A stretch of 55,117 nucleotides of DNA, the filler included, from Jimgerdemannia flammicorona (taxonomy: Eukaryota): assembly GCA_003990765.1 (NCBI GenBank). It is 2 parts of 2 records of this genome, joined end to end, with 100 filler letters (N's around TTAATTAATTAA, not from the genome) between each part and the next. Parts side by side here need not be neighbours in the genome. Positions count along the whole stretch, not along the records: positions 1 to 27,518 come from RBNJ01000624.1; 1 more part is not named here. The stretch is one strand, 5' to 3'. The notes under the pieces were generated by a model. That model saw only the letters and a program-made list of their open reading frames with translations. It ran no database searches and was not told where the DNA came from. A program made the translations under genes and the position numbers. Each line of letters begins with the position of its first letter. Within the stretch, counting starts at the first letter, position 1. Shown here one piece after another: positions 1 through 12,015 of the stretch.

Positions 1-768
1 AGACTCATTAAATATCTTTCTATCATGACATGATCCTGGCCATCCAATATAGAAACTTGTAAAGTTGCAAAGATGATCAGTAGTTGCTTGAATGTTCAGT
101 GAGTATCTCATTTTTCTTGACCAGTATACTGCTTTATGATAAAGAGGAGCACTGTAAAAAGGGATATGAGTAGCATCAATTGCACCAATTACTTTTGGAA
201 ATCCAGCAAGCTTTTCAAATCCAGCTTGAACTTCAAGATGCCATTTATCTTGAGGCCACTGTATATATTTTTTCCCAAGAATATCAATTATAGCTCTAAT
301 TGATCGAGTAGAATAATGTTCAACTGAGCCTTCCGAAATTCCAAATAGCATTCCCAGTTCAACATGTGTCATCAGTCCACCAAGGCGCTTAAGAAGTACT
401 GCAACTTGAATGTCAACAAGAACTTGCATGTTGGCTGAGCTATTCTGAAATACAGAGTGATTTCTTACTTCGGAAATTAACTTATTGAAAGTTGCTTTTG
501 ACATGCATAAGACCTCCTGAATTTTTCTGTCATCATATTTAGGAAGGATGTTGTAAAGCCAGTCGGAAGATGTTGGTGTTGCTGGCAATCCTCGAGGAAT
601 AGAATATCGAGAATTGATTGTTGTCAATGATGTCATCCCAGTAATAAAGGCAAATATTACAATAATGTTATCAGTGTCCTCCGTACTATAATCAATTTCT
701 TCTCCAGAAATTATATAGTTCTCCTCATCGTTAATTTCATCAATTATAGTCTGTGTGACCAAAAGCAT
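1..768 (-). CDS. PIF/Harbinger-type DDE transposase (DDE_Tnp_4 / HARBI1-like), 3' end outside window
   Basis: Manual translation of the minus strand is stop-free from ATG 768 to base 1: ...VLCMSKATFNKL...QVAVLLKRLGG...LFGISEGSV...YIQWP...GFPKVIGAIDATHIP...YWSRKMRYSLNIQATTDH...GWPGSCHDRKIF. Missing from the ORF track because no stop falls in the window. Confidence 0.88.
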   Translation of the reverse strand, partial: MLLVTQTIIDEINDEENYIISGEEIDYSTEDTDNIIVIFAFITGMTSLTTINSRYSIPRGLPATPTSSDWLYNILPKYDDRKIQEVLCMSKATFNKLISEVRNHSVFQNSSANMQVLVDIQVAVLLKRLGGLMTHVELGMLFGISEGSVEHYSTRSIRAIIDILGKKYIQWPQDKWHLEVQAGFEKLAGFPKVIGAIDATHIPFYSAPLYHKAVYWSRKMRYSLNIQATTDHLCNFTSFYIGWPGSCHDRKIFNES

Positions 769-835
769 TGTTGCTTCAATGAGCACAAGATTGGCAACAG
801 AAATGTGAGATTGTAGTTGTTGGCTGATAGTCCAA

Positions 836-1000
836 GTGAGCAGGTGAGTAGGAGCAGGCGAGTAGGTAAGCAGCACGAGCAGGTGAGCACGAGCAGCAGG
901 TAAGCGTGAGCAGCAGATGAGTACAAGCAGCAGGTGAGCGCAAGCAGCAGGTGAGCAGATATAATGAATGTGGATGTATATTTGAGAGACTAGGTGAGCA
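836..1000. repeat. Degenerate short tandem repeats (GCAGGTGAGC-like) upstream of the Harbinger ORF
   Basis: Many copies of (ca)gcaggtgagc(a) seen directly. Confidence 0.7.
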
Positions 1001-1099
1001 GAGAGTGGTGGAGGGCTGAGCGTGATGAGGATACAAGGATGAGAAATGGGTATAGATCTGAGTGAAGGTTGGATGTATAGCGAAAAAATAAAAATAGTA

Positions 1100-1370
1100 T
1101 CATTGTCTGCTTGGGCGCCGATTTAATTGTCGCTGTACCAATTTAATTCTCAGTTTAAATAGTGACAATGTAATTGTCTTGGTTTAAATAGCACTGATAT
1201 AATTGTCCACTTAATTGTCAGCTGGGTGCCAATTTAATTCTCAGTTTATATAGCGCTGATTTGATTAACACAATTTAAACTAAGAATTAAATCAGCGCCC
1301 AGCTGACAATTAAGCAGACAATCAAATTGGCACCAAAATCAGCACCAAGTAGACAATTAAATCGGCACAA
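1100..1370. repeat. Imperfect palindromic/subterminal repeat cluster (MITE-like or DNA-transposon subterminal region)
   Basis: 1201-1240 (aattgtccacttaattgtcagctgggtgccaatttaattc) is an imperfect inverted repeat of ~1284-1323; gccgatttaattgtc (~1117-1130) is inverted at ~1352-1365. Confidence 0.6.
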
Positions 1371-1403
1371 ATAAATAATGAAGTCGATGCCAAGAAGACA
1401 GTA

Positions 1404-1680
1404 GCATCCATTCTGGGCCTTGGCGTCCACCTCAAACTCACCCACAAGCAACCTCATGACCTCAATGTGCCCATTCTGTGCAGCTGTGTGAAGCAGGGTC
1501 AATCCATCATTGTCATGGGTCTTGACGTTACTCTGAACTTACCCACGAGCAACCTCATGTCCTCAATGTGCCCATTCAGGGCAGAATTAGAAGCGGTATC
1601 CATCTGTTGTTTGCTTGGGCATTGGAGTCCGCCCCAAACTCAGCCATGATAACCTCATGACATCGAGGATGTATATGTGG
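1404..1680 (-). pseudogene. Ankyrin-repeat gene fragments (2-3 frameshifted repeats)
   Basis: TLLHTAAQNGHIEVMRLLVGEFEVDAKAQNG, plus upstream variants (ALNGHIEDMRLLVGKF; HILDVMRL) in shifted frames. Confidence 0.7.
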
Positions 1681-2369
1681 TCCAGATAGAATTATACAGT
1701 TGTTCGATTTTTGTGGTCACCCTTGTGAGTGAATTTCGAGGCCAAGGTTGTAATGGCCTTGTTAGTAAATCCGGTAGGCTTGTGAGTGAATTTCAAGCCT
1801 ACAATTTCAGACTGCACTTACACAAGGCTGCACAAGCCGTTGGACGGGGCTGTTATTACTGAAATTGTGTATTTACACAAGGCTATTACTACTGAAATTG
1901 GGTATTTTACAACCAAAACCAGGTAAATTGAGTAACCGCAGACCCTGCAGCTTGTGCACCATCGCCGCCAGAACTATAGTTGAAAATTAACAGCAATAAT
2001 GTGCTAAATCAAAACAAAAATCCAGTATATATAGTCCTTACGAGGCTTTTGTGGTAGAAAAAAAGTGTATACACTTTTGATTGTTGCTGTACTCAAATTT
2101 GGTTATAAGGTTTATAGGGTGATTTATCAGGCTAGAAAACCATCTCCGAGGCTATTTTTCAGGCCTCCAATTTTTTTTTTTAGTGCAACTTCCCCATTCT
2201 TAATTTGTGACCTTTTTGGCCTTAAATTTAGTGGCCTGTGATATAAGGCCAGCTGATTTGGGATATTAGGAATTGACCAAATATGGACAATGAATTTCGA
2301 AACCGAAAACGACGTCCTCAAAGTTTACACATTACGTTTCACAAAAATTTCAACTTTGAAGACTGCTAG

Positions 2370-4860
2370 TGTATGAAACACAGGTAACTTGCAATCATTG
2401 GGCTCCATAAGGTATTCCCAAATTGGCATACAATTTGAATCACCAATGCAGAACTCAAGTAGACCAAGGAGGTCTAGCCTCACTGATTCCTTAACATTAT
2501 CAATCATAGAGAAATCATTCATATATGCAGGATTGTGAAAGAGAGACTAAAGACTGTCAAGATACAGAGCATGCAGAATTATGGTGAACCCCAGATTTTT
2601 TTTGGTAAGACAGACAGTAAAGTCATCATGAGTATGGATGTCTTTGAGAAGGCATTGGAACCTCTTCAGTATAAGTACACTAGACACATTCATCATGGAT
2701 CGGACAGTCTGATTTAGTATGGCACTCATATGAAGCATAATTTGCATATTTTTCATACAGTATGGCAGTCACAATTTTGATGGTACCCAGGTGGAGATCT
2801 CTGGAATATCATCAGGATTACCCATAGAGGTCCAGAAGGTTGCAAGGTTAAGGCATTATTGAAACAATGACAATGAAATTGGTTCAATAGTACTATTCAT
2901 CAATGCTAACCTGGGGAGAACAAACTTAGAGCCAAAGTTCAGCATATATGTGAGCTCAGAGATAAGCCAAGATAGAGGTATATCAGTAACAAACTCTTCT
3001 CAGTAAATATCTGAAACCGAGAGATAAAAAACTGACTTAAGCAAAAACTGGGAAGAGTAGACACAAAGGCAAAATCCTGAATTGGTGTCAAGGCTACTAC
3101 TCCATGTGGAATGGAGACATTGGGGCCAAACCATACTGCTGGGAAGTCATATAAAACATCCAGGCTGGGGACCTCTAGTTTTTTGAAGCTAGAGGACAGA
3201 TGTCACTAGTGTTATATCAGATGACATGACATTTGGCAGCAGTACACTTATTGCACTACAGTACAAAAGCTCTGGTGATAATCTTAGATGAGCAGCTTAA
3301 AGTCAATGAGTGGCTGGTCCCAGTAGAAGTAGATGAAACAGACAGGGAAGGTGAAGCCTTATATGCTCACTTGACCCCTTTTACAGAACCCTCTGACATA
3401 GCAGGAGATAGGGGGCAAGGACCTCAGTAGGTCTTAGTAGGTACACCAAGGTATCCAGAACAGCTATGGCAGTTCAGTACAGCAGAGGCTGAAGTTGTAC
3501 TTACTTCCCTAGCCTTTTCCATGGCCCCTAAAGGTGTGGCAGTAGAGGGTCGGGGAGTGGGGACACTCTTTTTCTGTTGGGCAGAACCAGTGGCAGCAGA
3601 AGCAAACATGTGTTTAGCATCCAGAGTAACAATTTCAGGGTGCTTCCCAAGCTCCTCAACTATGGCTTTATGGGTGACAGTGGAATTCCATCTTGCAGAG
3701 AGGAGGATATGGGGACAGTTGGGTGGACAGTGGTAGTGGCAGTCTTAGCGACAGTAGTAGCAGTGAGATGGCGAGATTGATACATGACACCATCATAACC
3801 TTGAAGGAAGAACAAAGTAACTTTTGCTCATTCAGAGGTGGATACAGTAGCAACATTCTTACCAATCTCTTGAGTGATATCTTTTGGAAGCCCAAAGAAC
3901 TCTAGGGCTTCAGATGAGATACTTATGGCTTTATTGATTTTAGCACACTGATCCTTAGCATGCTAGGCAGCAGTGACATTATCTATTACACAGCCTCAAC
4001 CATGGTCATGGCATGGTACTTGGCTTCTACTGAAGTGGTAGCAAGGGCAGCACCATGCTGCTCCTCAGATAGGAGAGTGATCGTAGCAGCAACCTTCTTG
4101 AAAGGAGTAAACTTCCAGTCAGTAACCTGGGCCCATAGGAAGTTGGCATAGTATTCTTTTGTAGCAGCAACCTTGAGGGCAGAAAGTACTCCAGTATAAG
4201 CAGTACAGAAGAAAGGAGGGACCTCAGCAGATGCAGCAGCCACATAGGCAGCCAGATTGTTGAACTCCACCAAATCAGCAAAGGAAGTAGTGGGGATAGT
4301 AGCATTACTATCTATATTTATATTATCTATCATGTTATATATTATAAAATGAGTAGATAATAGAGAAATAGTTTAGAGTGAGATGTAATACTATTATGGC
4401 AGATATAAAGGTTGGTGGTAAGAGGTCAAATAGTGAGAAACAATAAGCTTATGTGAATTGTTATGACAGAACAAAAACATAGAATAAAGTGTTTTCCGAA
4501 GCAAGGTGCAATAGATCTGCAACCCACTCATAGCACCACAATACATGATAGTCTTTATTCAAAATTGAGAACAAAGTTCAAATATATGATACATGGATCT
4601 AACCCCAGAATTCCAGAATCAGAATAGTGCATAAGTATCTGGACCTTGCCCTGATCTAAACAAAGGTCTGAATCAGACATCATCAATCTACACATGTGAT
4701 AGACCATTAAAAACCTGATATAGAAACAATTGGGAAAAGGTACCAGTCACATGATCTAATGTTACACAAACATAAACAATGCCAAAAATGGAACTAGACT
4801 AATGACTTTTACATGTCATCATGTAATTATCACTTATAGGTTTAGAAATGAAAAAAATCA
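2370..4860 (-). mobile_element. Inverted partial copy of the Penelope-like element (pLTR part + ORF1 + RT N-terminus)
   Basis: Reverse complement of ~5020-7450. ORF-track peptides pair up (3986-4333 vs 5546-6053; 2325-2522 vs 7295-7480; 2547-2756 contains LTKKNLG). Confidence 0.9.
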
Positions 4861-5538
4861 CTGGACAACCTCTGGTACGAGGCTTTAGGCCTGATGCCTA
4901 CATACCTACACTCCATGATGCCTGTCTACCTCTGCCTGCTTTGCTCGCTTCAGTGCTGAGGCTCTACTCTGCTCTGGTCATAAGGCTCTAGACCTGATGC
5001 CTGTACCTTCAGGTGCTGATGATTTTTAGGGGTTTAAACCTATAAGTGACAATCATGTGATGATACATGAAAGTCATTGGTCTAGTTCCGTTTTTAGCAT
5101 TGTTTATATTTGTGTAACATTAGATCATGTGACTGGTATCTTTTTTCAATTGTTTCTATATTGGGTTTTTAATGGTCTGTCATGTGTGAAGATTAATGAT
5201 GCCCAATTCAGACCTTTGTTTGAATTGGAGCAAGGTCTGGGTACTTATACACTGTTCTGATTCCAGAATTCCAGGGTTAGATCTGTGTATTGTATACTCA
5301 AACTTTGTTCTCAATTTTGAATAAAGACCATCACATATTGTGATGCTGTAGGCAGGTTGCAGATCTATTGCACCTTGCTTCAGAAAATACTTTATTTCAC
5401 ATTTTTGTTCTGTTATGACAATTCACATAAGCTTATTGTTTCTTACTGTTTGACCTCTTACTGCCAACCTTTATATCCACCATAACAGTATTACATCTCG
5501 CTCTAAACTATTTCTCTATTATCTACTCATTTTATAAT
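4840..5538 (+). repeat. 5' pseudo-LTR of Penelope-like element
   Basis: ~700-bp direct repeat of 8672-9368; ends just before the ORF1 ATG at 5546. Confidence 0.85.
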
Positions 5539-5545
5539 ACACAAT

Positions 5546-6650
5546 ATGATAGATAACATGAATATAGATGGTGATGCTGCCATCCCCACTGCTTTCTTTG
5601 CTGATTTGGTGGAGGTTGACAACCTGGCTGCCTATGTGGCTGCCACATCTGCCGAGGTCCCTCCTTTTTTCTATACTGCTTATACCAGAGTACTTTCTGC
5701 CCTCAGAGGTTGCTGCCATGAAAGAATGCCATGCCAACTTCCTATGGGCCCAGGTCACCAACTGGAAGTTTACTTCTTCTAATAAGGTTACTGCTATGAT
5801 CACCCTCCTATCTGAGGAGCAGCATAGTACCACTCTTGCTACTACTTCAGTGGAAGTCAAGTGCTATACCATGGCCGCAGTTGAGACTGCCATGACAGAT
5901 AATGTTGCTGCTGCCCAGCATGCTAAGAACCAGTATGCTAAAATTGACAAGGCCATGAGTGTCTCATCTGAAGCCCTAGAGTTCTTTGGACTTTCAAAAG
6001 ATATCACTCAAGGGATCAGTAAGAATGTTGCCACTGTATCTGCCTCCAAATGAGCAAAAGTTACTTTGTTCTTCCTCTGAGGTTATGATATTGTCATGTA
6101 TCAATCTTGCCATCTTGCTGCCATCACCACTGCTAAGGCTGCTGCTACCTGTAAAGCCATAGTTGAGGAGCTTGGGAAGTGCTCTGAAATTGTTACTCTG
6201 GGTGTTAAATGCACATTTGCTTCTGCTGCCACTGGTTCTGCCTGACCAAAAAAGAGTATCTCCACTCTCTGACTCTCCACTGCCACACCTTTGGGGGCTG
6301 TAGGAAAGGCTAGAGAAGTGAGTGCGACTTCAGCCTCTGCTGTGCCAAACTGCTGTAGCTGTTCTGGATGCCTTAGTGTGCCTACTAAGGCCCACTGAGG
6401 TCCTTGTCCCCTATCCTCTGCTGTGTCAGAGGGTTCTATAAAAGGGATCAAGTGAGCACATAAGGCTTTGCCTTCCCCATCCATTTCATCCACTTCTACC
6501 AAGACCAGCCACTTATCAACTTTGAGCTGCTCATCTAAGAGCACTGCCAGAGCTTTTGTACTACAGTGCAACAAGTGTACTGCTGCCAAACATCATGTTG
6601 TCTAGTATAATGCTGGCAATATCTGTCCTCTAGCTTCAAAAAACTAGAGG
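5546..6650 (+). pseudogene. PLE ORF1 (Ala-rich helical N-part, Ser/Arg/Lys-rich C-part)
   Basis: ORFs 5546-5782 and 5568-6053 join by a frameshift, and the inverted copy (3986-4333) is in one frame across that point. Stops are mostly explained by C>T changes. Confidence 0.65.
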
Positions 6651-6685
6651 TCCCCAGCCTAGATGTCTTATATGACTTTCTGGCA

Positions 6686-8640
6686 GTGTGGTTTGGCCCT
6701 GATGTCTCTATTCTACATAGGGTAGTAGCCTTGACACCAATTCAGGATTTTGCCTTTGTGTCTACTCTTCCCAATTCTCACTTAAGTCAGTTTTTTGTCC
6801 CTCAGTTTTGGATGTTTACCAAGGAGAGTTTTGTTACCAATATACCTCCACCTTGGCTTACCTCCAAGCTCATATATATGCTGAACTTTGGCCCTAAGTT
6901 TGTTCTCCCTGGGTTGGCATTGATGAACAGTACCATTGATCTGATTTCATTGTCATTATTTCAATGGCACCTTGACCTTACAATCTTCTGGACCTCTATG
7001 GGTAATCCCGATGACATTCCAGAGATCTCCACCTGGGTACCATCAAAATGGCAACTGCCACACTATATGGAAAATATGCAAATTATGCTTTATATGAGTG
7101 CTGTACTAAATCAAGCTATCTGATCCATGACTAATGTGTCTGGCATGCTTGTACCAAAGAAGTTCTGACACCTTCTCAAAGACATCCATACTCATAATGA
7201 CTTTACTATCTGTCTTACCAACAAAAATCTGGAGTTCACCATAATTCCATATGCTCTGTATCTCAATGGTCTTCAGTCTCTCCTTCACAATCTTGTGTAT
7301 ATAAATGATTTCTCTACAATTAATGATGTTAAGGAATCAGTGAGGCTAGACCTCCTTGGTCTACTCAAGTTCTGCATCAGTGATTCAAATTGTATGCCAA
7401 TTTGGGAATACCTCATAGAGCTCAATGATTGCAAGTTACCCATGTTTCATGTGCTGCCCAAGGTATATAAAGAGGCTTGAGTGGCATGGCACCCTATCAT
7501 TAGTGCTTTTAACTCTCCCATGACCAAGATTTTGTATTTCCTATTTTGCTTTCTCTGTCTATGGTTGGCTCATCTGTACCATAATGTGGGTTATTTGTAT
7601 TACTCACCTCTATATAATATGCTTGAACTATTACAACTAGTTCAATTAGATTACCTAGATGTGTCAGATTGTTCCTACATTGCTACTGGAGATTTTGCCA
7701 TATTCTATACCAGGATCACACTAGATGAGTGCATTGACTGCCTTATCTTTTTGTCAACTGTAGCTTTCTCCTCTGGCTCTTTATTACTTGATGCTGTTCT
7801 CGGCCTTGTCCATATAGTCATGACTCATATGACATTCACATCCACTATTGGTTCTTTCTGCTCTGTATCTGGTATTGTTATGGGGACAAATTGTGCCCCA
7901 GATCTCACTAATCTTGTTGGTTTCACTCATAAGTTACACACCTTACAAGTGCCTGACCATCTGCTAAGCTGAGCCATAGAAGCCAGGCTAAAGTTCTACT
8001 GGTATATTGATGACTTAATTGTCTTTATGCCTGCGATTATAGACTTGGCTGTAATCTTTAGTACTATATAATCCCTGCACCATCATATTGAATGGGAAGT
8101 CTTGTCCACTAGACCATGCCACTACTTGGACCTGGAAATCCAAGTCACACTGTTCCATACAGGCTGCTTTGCCAAGTTTCTGCATAGTACTCAGTTCATC
8201 AACTGGTTGAGTAATCATTCTAGGAAGACACTTCATCTATGTATTATGAATGAGGCCTACCACCTATCATTACTCTGCTCATCTTACCATGATTGGCTTG
8301 ATGAGTATCAGTCTTTGGCCAAATTCCTGGTCCACAGGAAAGGATACCCTGTTGATATTATAACCACTTAATTGAGTTTGGTTGATTGGCTTGAGGTTCG
8401 AACTTACCTCTCCTTTTTTCCCACCCCCCCATCCCCCACTCTGCTTTTCCTCCCCTATTATTTATTGTCTAATAAAATATGGCCCAATGGCTATATCAAT
8501 AGCCTGACAAGACTCTACATACTGCTTTGCTTTGTTTTAGTTTCCCTGTGACCACTCGATGACCAATCATTGCCCAGAAGAATGGTTTTACTGTTCTTAA
8601 TGCCATCTTAAATACCAGCTTCACTTTAAGTCCTCCTTGA
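6686..8640 (+). pseudogene. Penelope-type reverse transcriptase
   Basis: One frame with internal stops: LNFGPKFV, LTNKNLE (DKNLG motif), PMFHVLPKVYK..WHPIISAFNSP, ATGDFAIFYT, GIVMGTNCAPDLTNL, FYWYIDDLIV, HYLDLEI, SNHS, GYP. Confidence 0.88.
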
Positions 8641-8671
8641 AGGCCACATCATCCGTACATGTCCTGTGATG

Positions 8672-9368
8672 TTTAAAAACATAAAAAATCACCAGATAAC
8701 CTCCAGCACAAGGCTCTAGGCCTGATGCCTGTGTACCTATGCTCTGTGATACCTGTCAACCTCCACTTGCTTCACTTGCTCTGATGTCGAGGCTCTACTC
8801 TGCTCCAGTCATGAGGCTCTAGACCTGACACCTATACCTTCAGGTGCCAATGATTTTTAGATTTTTAAACCTATAAGTGACAATTATATAATGATATGTG
8901 AAAGTCATTGGTCTAGTTCCGTTTTTGGTATTGTTTATGTTTGTGTAACATTAGATCATGTGACTGGTACCTTTTCCTGATTGTTTCTATATTGGGTTTT
9001 TAATAGCCTGTCATGTATATAGATTGATAATGTCTAATTCAGACCTTTGTTTGGATCAGAGCAAGGTCTGGATACTTATGCACCATTCTAATTCCAGAAT
9101 TCTGGGATTAGATCTGTGTATTGTGTACTTGAATTGTTCTCCATTTTGAATAAAGACCATCACATATTGTGGTGCTATGAGCAGGTTGCAGATCTATTGC
9201 ACCTTGCTTCAGAAAACACTTTATTCCACATTTTTGTTCTATCATAACAATTCACATAAGCTTATTGTTTCTCACTGTTTGACCTCTTACCACTAACCTT
9301 CATATCCACCATAATAGTATCATATCTCTCTCTAAACTATTCCTCTATTATCTACTCATTTTATAATA
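8672..9368 (+). repeat. 3' pseudo-LTR of Penelope-like element
   Basis: Direct repeat of 4840-5538. Confidence 0.85.
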
Positions 9369-9959
9369 AAAAAAATAAAAAAATTTAAAAAAAAATGCAT
9401 TTCCTATATTTATGCTATAGTGGTATGATGGGTTGTATGATAGGTTGCCATAGTCTATGGTGAAAATATCTTGATATTTGTTGAGGAGTTCTACTAGTTG
9501 TTGTCATTGCTGGGGTGTCAGTTCTTCTCCAATATTGGTGGAAGGCTTCACTATCTCCTGGGTTGCAGAGGGGCCTTTCCTTTCTTCTGGGACCTTTTGC
9601 TGTTTTCTGATAAGTTTAGTTTATAAACTTCTCTGTATGTTCAGTTGAGAAAAGGCATCAGATAACCTATGATGGTTCCTTTTGGCAAGATGATGGTTTC
9701 CCAACTTTGGTTAGTTGCTTGGGAATACACTGGATTCATTCTGTTAGGGAATGTGTGCCCTTCTATATCCAGGTACATGATATCTTCTTTGGGTTCAAAG
9801 AAGAGGTTTCTGGGGTCGGGTGGTGCAAAGATTTTGAAGGTGGTTTGCTCTCCAGGCTCCAGGATGAGATTCTTGTGCAGCTTGACTGGTTGGCAGTATA
9901 CTTGCTGGAGAACATTCCTTTTGAGGTAGTTGACTTAAAGGAGATATACTTCCTTCTTA

Positions 9960-10370
9960 TCTGAGCTTCCAAATCCTTTGGCTTGTCTTGTTCCTTCAGT
10001 CAGTTTGAGGACTTCTTGCAGTTGTGGAGTCTTGACCTTCATGAAGACTGCTTGGGCAATCTTCTGTCCTCTTATGACTTGGTACCATTTTGTACTATCA
10101 TTGTGTAAGATGACCTTGATTTTGCCTATATATCCTGAGTCAATGGTCCCTCCTTCTACAGTTATTCCTTGTCTGGCATATCCAGACCTTGAGGTTAGTT
10201 GGATGTAAGTTCCTTAGGGTGGCTGCATGGCTAGTCCAGTTCTGATCATCAGTGTTCTTCCAGGCTTAATGGATTCATCCTCCAAACTGTGAAGGTCATA
10301 CCCTATGTCTTCTTGATGAGCTTTGGTCAGGGGTTTGGCCTTGGGATATAGCAGGGCATACTGGGCAACA
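9960..10370 (-). pseudogene. Retroelement dUTPase (between protease and RT)
   Basis: IGYDLHS...RTGLAMQPP*GTYIQLTSRSGYA..GITVEGGTIDSGYIGKIKV...KIAQAV...RQAKGFGSSD: all five dUTPase motifs. Confidence 0.85.
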
Positions 10371-11649
10371 TTCTTGCTGAGTTTGGGCTATCCTTGGGCT
10401 AAAGCTCTACTGGCAGGAAGTTTTCAGGCTCTGAGGTTAAGGTATAGCCATCTGGCTCCAGTGGAGGGATCTCAGAGATAATTGATTTCTCTTTTTCCTG
10501 TAGGATCTAGGGCTTCCATAAAGTTGGTGAAATTTTCTACCCATCCTTGGTGGGTTGTATGTCTGATAAGAGCTAAGATGTCTTCTCTTAAATTGTAGAT
10601 CTTAAGGGTCCTTCTTCCTGGCTTCTTGATCTGGAGTTTTCAGATCTGGCCTCTATTATCTCCTCTTTTTAAGGTATAGATTGCAACATCATGGCTGAGG
10701 TAAATCTTCTGATGTCTACAGTCTCAGCAGTCTGAGTGTCTTCCATAATTACAATATCCCATTACTTAGAAATGCTATTCCTGGTTATTGATCTCTCGTT
10801 GTCTCAGGAATCAATATCCATCTTGGTCATAAGTTGGGGGAAGAGTAGACAAGGGGTATACTTCTGTTCAGGTAAAGAGACCTTGTCCTCTAAATTGACT
10901 TTGCAACTTAGTGGTAACTTCTTGGAAGGTAGTTGACTGTGCAACTGTAGTCAGGGGTTCTGGTCTTTGGGGTCTCTGCCTTTCTTGCTAGTCTAGTAGA
11001 TAGCACTAATAGCAGTAGTCTCAGAGAGAGTAGAAGACCATTTGGTGTGGACATCTTTCGAGCCAAAAAGTCCTTTCTTGGTATATTTCTTTCTTGAGAA
11101 TAATGGAAATTGTACTAGGTCCTTCTTCAATATTCCAGGGGTCATTATCTTTGAGTGGTGTCCAGCAAGAATCATCCCAGGGAATAAGTTTGGGAATCTT
11201 TTCTTCTTCAGGTACCTTTTGTTCAGAAACCTCCTGTTCAGTGGCTTCTTCTTCCTCAAATAATTCTTGATCCCAAATTGCTTGTACTTCTGCAGCTTTG
11301 GCTGCAGGTGTCTCTGAAACATGTCTGTATTTCTTCTTCTTCTTTCTACTCTCAGGGCAGGCTATGCCAGGTGAATTCCTTTCCCAATGATCTTGGAGGA
11401 GTGCTTGGGGCACTTGTGTCTCTTGAGGCAGATAGGGCATCCTTTGATCTCTCCTGCAATGGCTCCAATGCTGATAGAAATAGTATTCTTAGCTCACACA
11501 TTATCTTCTGGCCTGTCATCCACCAGATTGATTTGGGGATTGAGTCTGGGATCATTTCCATCTTTGGATTCTTCCTCTTCTTCTGTGGTGGATTCTTTGC
11601 TGCTGGCATATTCCTCCTGGATAGTGACCTTCTTCTTCTTTGATTACTC

Positions 11650-12015
11650 ATAGCTAGTTATCTTAACTCTGTACTTCTTGTCTTGATAGTCAAACTTGAG
11701 TACTTATTGACCAATATTAACAACTGCATTCATTTCCTTCATCTAGTTGGTGCCAAGGATTATGTCATAGGTGATAGCTTCAGTAACAACTGCTTTTAGA
11801 ATAGAGAACTGAATGTGTCCAAGAGAGATAGTGATGTTTTTTACTTCTCCAAGGGGTTGGGTTCAGGCTCCATCTGCTACTATGATGCTGAGATTGGATG
11901 ATCCATCAATGGGCCATTGGAGGGTATCTAGGAATTATTTGGCAATGATACAGATAGCTGCTCCTGTGTCTATAAGGATTTTCACTTTCTGTCCTCCAAT
12001 ATCTCTATATAGGTA
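11650..12015 (-). pseudogene. Retropepsin protease of Gypsy fragment 1
   Basis: KVKILIDTGAAICII...IIVADG...YDIILGTN. Confidence 0.8.

Larger units (their letters stand above)
4840..9368 (+). mobile_element. Penelope-like retroelement, endonuclease-minus (Coprina/Athena-type architecture), decayed
   Basis: Direct terminal repeats (pLTRs) 4840-5538 and 8672-9368 flank ORF1 and an RT ORF with PLE motifs. No GIY-YIG seen. An A-rich run follows at 9368-9396. Confidence 0.85.

Noticed and set aside
2361..2371. TAGTG as a CACTA element terminus
   Set aside because: No partner TIR or TSD found, and it overlaps the decayed edge of the PLE inverted copy.
5011..5080. Possible hammerhead ribozyme in the PLE pLTR (CTGATGA at ~5016; TGATGA...GAAAGTC at ~5057)
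   Set aside because: The second pLTR has CCAATGA at the first site. The other site lacks C3, a paired stem II and a properly placed NUH, and looks like a simple hairpin. An Infernal/RNAmotif search on the consensus would settle it.
6101..6589. Antisense ORFs over PLE, Gypsy and LINE coding regions
   Set aside because: Shadow frames of TE genes with biased composition.
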